DNA of 37,222 nucleotides from Basidiobolus ranarum (Eukaryota): NCBI GenBank assembly GCA_040143965.1, contig JASJQH010006929.1, positions 1 to 37,222 of the forward strand, read 5' to 3'. Shown piece by piece: positions 32,254 to 37,222 of this stretch (position 1 is its first letter; each line of letters starts with the position of its first letter). The notes under the pieces were generated by a model. It saw only the letters and a program-made list of their open reading frames with translations, ran no database searches and was not told where the DNA came from. The position numbers and the translations under genes were made by a program.

Positions 32254-34536
32254 TCATAGCACAAATAAAAATCGCAAATCTTCCACTGAGAGTCGCGATA
32301 GCGCTGCCATATCCTTTCCTATCGTACTATCAAACAGTGCTTTCTTTTTCTTTTGTAGCTGAACGATGCGTGACTCAATAGAGTTCTCCACTATTAAACG
32401 AGTAATTCGAATTGGCCGATGTTGTCCTAGCCGATGAATTCTATCCATTGCCTGATCTTCGACTGCTGGATTCCACCATGGATCCATGATAAACACCTGA
32501 CTCGCTTCAGTCAAATTTAGTGCAACTCCACCGGCCTTTAGACTAATTAGAAATACAGACAGTTCAGGTTTCGACATAAATGATTTTATAACTGCTTCTC
32601 GCTGTATAGGTCCCATGCGACCATCCAAACGACAACATGAGAATCCTGCTCGGTTTAGTCTCCATTGAATTAGATCAAGGAAATTCACAAATTGTGAGAA
32701 AACAATACTCTTGATGGTCGAATCTTTTTTGCGAAGATTGGTTAATTCCTCTACAAGCGCTTCAATCTTCGTAGAGGATTTCCACTTGTTCATATCAATC
32801 CGATTTACAATTGAGCTACGAATAAAGAAATTCTGGCTATCATTAATTGTTTGGTTTTGGCTAGTGCATGGTAACTCATATGTGGGTTGTGCCAAGTCTA
32901 TCGCAAGTTGAGAAAAGCAAACGGGACACAATGGTACCTCTTCTAAGCTACTTTGCATATATTGGTTCGCATCTTCTCGACAAAACACATGTTTGCACTT
33001 AGCCACAATGGGCTCTTCCGGCTCTTCACTACATATTCCACACACCAATGCACTCAACGTTTTGTTCTTGGATAGTAATAAATCTGGATGGTTTACCACT
33101 TGACGCATTTTCATTAGCAAGTCAAAAATACTAGCATAATTATTCAGTATTGTTCCCTGTTGGACATATGTGGTAAATTTTCTTTTTGAGTCTGTATATA
33201 ACGACTCATAAATTTCTTCCTCCTCTTCGTTAAAGTAATTTAATCTGATTGTAACATTCTTTGGCGGTAGCCCTAAGTCATCTTCTTTTTCAAGCTTGGT
33301 TCTTCGTAACATCATTCGATCAAGTAATTTACCAAGCTTCTCGAAGGCTAGTTGTCCTTCACCATTCGCACCAAATGTTTGGATCGGCTTTAATATTTCT
33401 TGATTCCACCAACAGATGTGGCTCATTGGGCTATGACCACAAATATCACAGTGACCCCAGTCACTAAACTTCCACGACAAACTCTTGCAGGGGCAGTTTT
33501 GACAATAGTAGTAACTATAAGGATCTGCTCGAAGGAACCGAAGCAGAGAGTATAATTCACCAACTCTGTTCTGGAGAGGAGTGCCAGTGAGTGACCATTT
33601 ACAACTTGACTCAAGAGCAAACACTGAACGTGCCGTACTACTTCCTCGATCCTTGATACTATGGGCTTCATCTAGAACTATTCGATACCAGTGGATTTTA
33701 TGGAGCAGAGATCTTTCTTTTACCAGCCCATGTTTACGTCTGAATCCCTGTTCTTGTTTCCGGAAAGCTGCCTCAATGATTGAGTACGTAGTGAGAACTA
33801 CATCGTGTTTCTTCAGAACCCGAATATCTTCAGTTCGATTACTTCCATGAAATATCAGGGTGGACAGTGCTTCAGTATGTGTGGTCAACTCTGCATGCCA
33901 CTGCATTAGCGCCACAGTGGGGGCAATCACAAGGTTGGGCTTTCTGCGAGGCTTACTTAAGAGAAGAGCTATCATTTGAATGGTTTTTCCCATTCCCATT
34001 TCGTCGGCCAGGATTCCTCCGCGAAATTCTGTACACTCTTGACTTCTCATCCAAGTAACGCCCTCTTTCTGGAATGGTAAAAGAGATAGCTTCAAGCCGG
34101 GTGGTTGATCTATAAGGTTTCGGTCAACGTCTTGGTTTTTGCTCCACTTCATCCACGTATGGACTAGTTTAGGATGCAAATCTTTCAGACTTTGCATTTT
34201 TTGTCTCCTTCTTAATTGTGCTCTAGCCTCAGCATTCATTGGGTGAGCAATTGGTCGAATATCTTCACTAGAGCCTTGCACATTCTGCGCTGGACAAGTA
34301 GACTCAGTTTTATTTTGTATGATCTCGATAATCACATTATCTTGAACATCTCCTACAACCTCTGTTCCTTTACCTATCTTGTTGAAAGTGATGTCAAGAG
34401 GACTGCTAGGTAATGGGGGCATAATACGTGATCTAGACGTACTTCGACGTACAGTAGGTGACGGTTCAGCAATGTTATCATCTTCTGTCTTGTTATCACC
34501 GGAAAATGTAAAGGAATGTCTTCTTTCTTGACTCAT
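32254..34536 (-). CDS. RAD16: DNA repair protein Rad16/Rhp16 (SNF2 ATPase with internal RING)
   Basis: GGILADEMGMGKT, LDEAH, Rad16-type Cys/His insert (YCQNCPCKSLSWKF...CDICGHSPMSH), RING CGIC...CKHVFC...CPVC, SSTKIEALVEEL, SLKAGGVALNL, QAMDRIHRLGQ. Intronless. Confidence 0.95.
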   Translation of the reverse strand: MSQERRHSFTFSGDNKTEDDNIAEPSPTVRRSTSRSRIMPPLPSSPLDITFNKIGKGTEVVGDVQDNVIIEIIQNKTESTCPAQNVQGSSEDIRPIAHPMNAEARAQLRRRQKMQSLKDLHPKLVHTWMKWSKNQDVDRNLIDQPPGLKLSLLPFQKEGVTWMRSQECTEFRGGILADEMGMGKTIQMIALLLSKPRRKPNLVIAPTVALMQWHAELTTHTEALSTLIFHGSNRTEDIRVLKKHDVVLTTYSIIEAAFRKQEQGFRRKHGLVKERSLLHKIHWYRIVLDEAHSIKDRGSSTARSVFALESSCKWSLTGTPLQNRVGELYSLLRFLRADPYSYYYCQNCPCKSLSWKFSDWGHCDICGHSPMSHICWWNQEILKPIQTFGANGEGQLAFEKLGKLLDRMMLRRTKLEKEDDLGLPPKNVTIRLNYFNEEEEEIYESLYTDSKRKFTTYVQQGTILNNYASIFDLLMKMRQVVNHPDLLLSKNKTLSALVCGICSEEPEEPIVAKCKHVFCREDANQYMQSSLEEVPLCPVCFSQLAIDLAQPTYELPCTSQNQTINDSQNFFIRSSIVNRIDMNKWKSSTKIEALVEELTNLRKKDSTIKSIVFSQFVNFLDLIQWRLNRAGFSCCRLDGRMGPIQREAVIKSFMSKPELSVFLISLKAGGVALNLTEASQVFIMDPWWNPAVEDQAMDRIHRLGQHRPIRITRLIVENSIESRIVQLQKKKKALFDSTIGKDMAALSRLSVEDLRFLFVL

Positions 34537-34800
34537 GAGTTCAACGCTTTCTAATGGATGAGAGGGGATCTATCCAACTAAATATCTTACTGCATCGATC
34601 TTCCCATCAAATTGAAGGCTGTGCTTGTATGATTGTCTCAATGATATGCTCTTGCTCAAATATGGGGTTTAACTTGGGCTTTAATATCAAATAAACACTG
34701 ACTAGCTAAAAATGAAATGGGAATGATAGGATTAATGATGGGTTTTCAGTTCAGTTTACAAGAATTAATAGTCAAAATGTTCGTGATTAAATTATCTATG

Positions 34801-37222
34801 TTAGTTGACATCTTCCAGATTTTGTTTACTAACAAGCATGTGATAAAATCCTCGTTTAGCCACTAACTCGTTATGCGTACCAAGTTCGATGACAGCCCCC
34901 TTTTTAACTACCGCGATAAGATCTGCATTCTGAATGGTAGAGAGTCGATGAGCAATGGTGATGGTGGTTCGACCCTCAGCGGCTGTATCTAATGCGGCCT
35001 GTACAACTTGCTCGCTCTCCGAATCTAATGCACTGGTAGCTTCGTCTAATAGAAGTAATTTTGGATTGCGAATGATAGCACGAGCAATTGCCACACGTTG
35101 TTTTTGCCCACCGGAAAGTTGGGTTCCCTTCTGACCAACACTGGTATTGTAGCCATCGGGAAGGCTGACGATAAAATCGTGGATGTTGGCTGATTTGGCG
35201 GCTACCTCAATTCGTGTTTGAAGTTCCTTCGAAATCTCCAGGCTACCATCTTCTCTTGTTTGTAGGTTATTAATGATACCATAGGCAATGTTTTCTCCAA
35301 TACTACAGCCAAATAAGACGGGTTCTTGACCTACAGTCGCCATATGAGATCGTAGTTCACCAATATTCCAATCACGAACATCAATATCCTCAACATTGAC
35401 TGAGTTGGCCTTATAAACACCGTTACTCATATCACGCTGTCGACGCACTTGTGTAACATCGTAAAATCTCTGTATCAAAGCCACGATAGTTGACTTACCA
35501 GAGCCAGAGGACCCCACGAGTGCTACACTCTTACCTGCAACAACAGATAAGTCAAAGCCTTGCAATATGGGTATCTTTGAACGTGAGGGATATGAGAAAT
35601 AAGCATGATTGATGTCTACTTTTCCAGAGAAATCGGAAGGTGATGAAGCACCAGTATCGAGTGAGGAGTCGATATTGGGTTTACGAGCTAATAGTTCCAG
35701 AATATCATTGGCGGCAACTTTAGCTTTGGATATATTCCCAGTAAACGATGAAGCTTGTCCAACGGAGACCGCTGCAAACATGATTGAGAACAAGACCTGC
35801 GACATTTGTGAAAAGTCATATTCACCACTGATGATAAGGCGTGAACCATACCAAAAGGCGAGTGCATAAACTAGATAGACAACACCATTGGAGAAGCCAG
35901 TACCGACGGAAGATAAAGCAGCTCCACGAACAGCAGTTTGGTGAGCTGGCAAGTTACGCTCCTCAAACATAGTCTTGAATGTATCTTCACGGGCCAAAGA
36001 TGCTACAGTACGCATATTTTCAACACTTTCGGACGCAATTTGGGCTGCTTTCTCATACGCTATTTTGGTCTTTCCACTGAAACCTGTTAGCGATTTCATT
36101 TGTAGTACCGAAGCAATAACGATGACAGGAACGCAAGCTAGAACGACAAATGCCAACTTCCATCCACTAGTAAAGGCAATAATCATTCCCGCTGCCAATC
36201 CAAAGAAAGCTTGTAAAATGGTTCCGGCCAATTTACCAGTCAGCTCTTGCACCATTTGCGCCTCAGTTGATAATTTGGAGGTGAGTATACCAGTTCCGTT
36301 CTTTTCATCATCGAAGAAGGCTACTTCCTGGCGAAGGTAAGCGGTAAAGCTCAAGTTTCGTAAACGCCGTGTCAGTCTTTCACCAGCTATAGAAAACACA
36401 GCAATTTTTGCAAATGATGAAGCAAAAGATACAATTCCCAGTACTACGAACATGAGCGACCAGAAGTTAGAGTCTTTCTTGAACTTTTCTGGGTTATCGT
36501 TAATTAGTTCAAATGTTACCAGAATTTTGGTGAAAATAATGGAGAATATAGGCATAATAACTCCATCTATGGCTGAGCCTAGCGTTCCGATCAGAAGTAA
36601 ATGTAGTTCGGGCCCATTGAGCTTCATCACACTCCAGAAGGAATATGATTCGTTTTTATCTTCTTGCGCATTCACAATCTTAGAAGTATTGCTGTTATGA
36701 CTGAGTTGTGATACACGGCTAGCAAGTTTGCTGATCGGGTCTACTTGAGTGTCACCCATAGCAGCTCCATCACCCCCTGCGTTATCTTCAACAAATTCGA
36801 TGTTCTCTTCATTTTTCTTATTCATTTGTTCCTCCAGGATCTTTAGTTCTTGAGCCTTTACAAGGCCTGCATATACGCCATTCTGAGCAATCAAATCGGT
36901 GTGGGTGCCAGATTCAACCATTACGCCATGTTGCATGACCACAATCAAGTCAGCATTCTTGATAGTTGAAAGTCGATGCGCAATGACGATGGTGGTTCTG
37001 TTCTGGGCTGCTTTATCCAAGGCATCCTGTACAATTCCCTCAGATTCGGTATCCAGCGCACTGGTAGCTTCATCCAGCAATAGGATTTTGGGGTTTTTAA
37101 TCAAAGCACGAGCAATAGCAATTCTCTGCTTTTGGCCACCTGACAGAAGGGCTCCCTTCTCACCTACGAGGGTATCATACTTTTCGGGGAGTGCAGACAC
37201 AAATTCATGGGCATTAGCTTGC
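34801..37222 (-). CDS. ABCB/MDR1-type full ABC transporter, 5' part beyond the window edge (end of NBD1, TMD2, NBD2)
   Basis: Two LSGGQKQR signatures, LLLDEATSALD, Walker A GSSGSGKST, IAHRLSTI, multi-helix TMD. Frame is open to the window edge. Confidence 0.95.
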   Translation of the reverse strand, partial: QANAHEFVSALPEKYDTLVGEKGALLSGGQKQRIAIARALIKNPKILLLDEATSALDTESEGIVQDALDKAAQNRTTIVIAHRLSTIKNADLIVVMQHGVMVESGTHTDLIAQNGVYAGLVKAQELKILEEQMNKKNEENIEFVEDNAGGDGAAMGDTQVDPISKLASRVSQLSHNSNTSKIVNAQEDKNESYSFWSVMKLNGPELHLLLIGTLGSAIDGVIMPIFSIIFTKILVTFELINDNPEKFKKDSNFWSLMFVVLGIVSFASSFAKIAVFSIAGERLTRRLRNLSFTAYLRQEVAFFDDEKNGTGILTSKLSTEAQMVQELTGKLAGTILQAFFGLAAGMIIAFTSGWKLAFVVLACVPVIVIASVLQMKSLTGFSGKTKIAYEKAAQIASESVENMRTVASLAREDTFKTMFEERNLPAHQTAVRGAALSSVGTGFSNGVVYLVYALAFWYGSRLIISGEYDFSQMSQVLFSIMFAAVSVGQASSFTGNISKAKVAANDILELLARKPNIDSSLDTGASSPSDFSGKVDINHAYFSYPSRSKIPILQGFDLSVVAGKSVALVGSSGSGKSTIVALIQRFYDVTQVRRQRDMSNGVYKANSVNVEDIDVRDWNIGELRSHMATVGQEPVLFGCSIGENIAYGIINNLQTREDGSLEISKELQTRIEVAAKSANIHDFIVSLPDGYNTSVGQKGTQLSGGQKQRVAIARAIIRNPKLLLLDEATSALDSESEQVVQAALDTAAEGRTTITIAHRLSTIQNADLIAVVKKGAVIELGTHNELVAKRGFYHMLVSKQNLEDVN

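Overview
Eukaryotic, gene-dense, AT-rich fungal DNA with short (about 54-130 nt) GT-AG introns, so the ORF track fragments or misses several genes. Gene content suggests an early-diverging fungus (Zoopagomycota/Mucoromycota-like; Basidiobolus is only a guess). I reconstructed 18 protein-coding genes: NDUFB8, two convergent paralogous Ser/Thr-rich GPI-type wall proteins, a CE4 chitin deacetylase, a 16-exon gamma-glutamyltranspeptidase, two paralogous Msn2/Seb1-type C2H2 factors, a secreted cholesterol-dependent-cytolysin (CDC)-like protein, ATP synthase subunit e, FPP synthase, cysteine synthase, MND1, two head-to-head uricases, an ADAL-type deaminase, a Mei2-like RRM protein, RAD16 and a partial ABCB/MDR transporter. 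The standout is the CDC-like pore-forming protein (12852-14473): a mainly bacterial family, here with a signal peptide, one spliceosomal intron and a non-canonical acidic C-terminal domain in place of CDC domain 4. Also notable: a 3-nt micro-exon in the GGT, a 16-bp STRE-containing element conserved upstream of both zinc-finger paralogs, and a uricase pair in which only one copy has a PTS1-like end. No rRNA, tRNA, CRISPR or intact transposon was recognised. Family calls rest on recalled motifs; no database searches were run.
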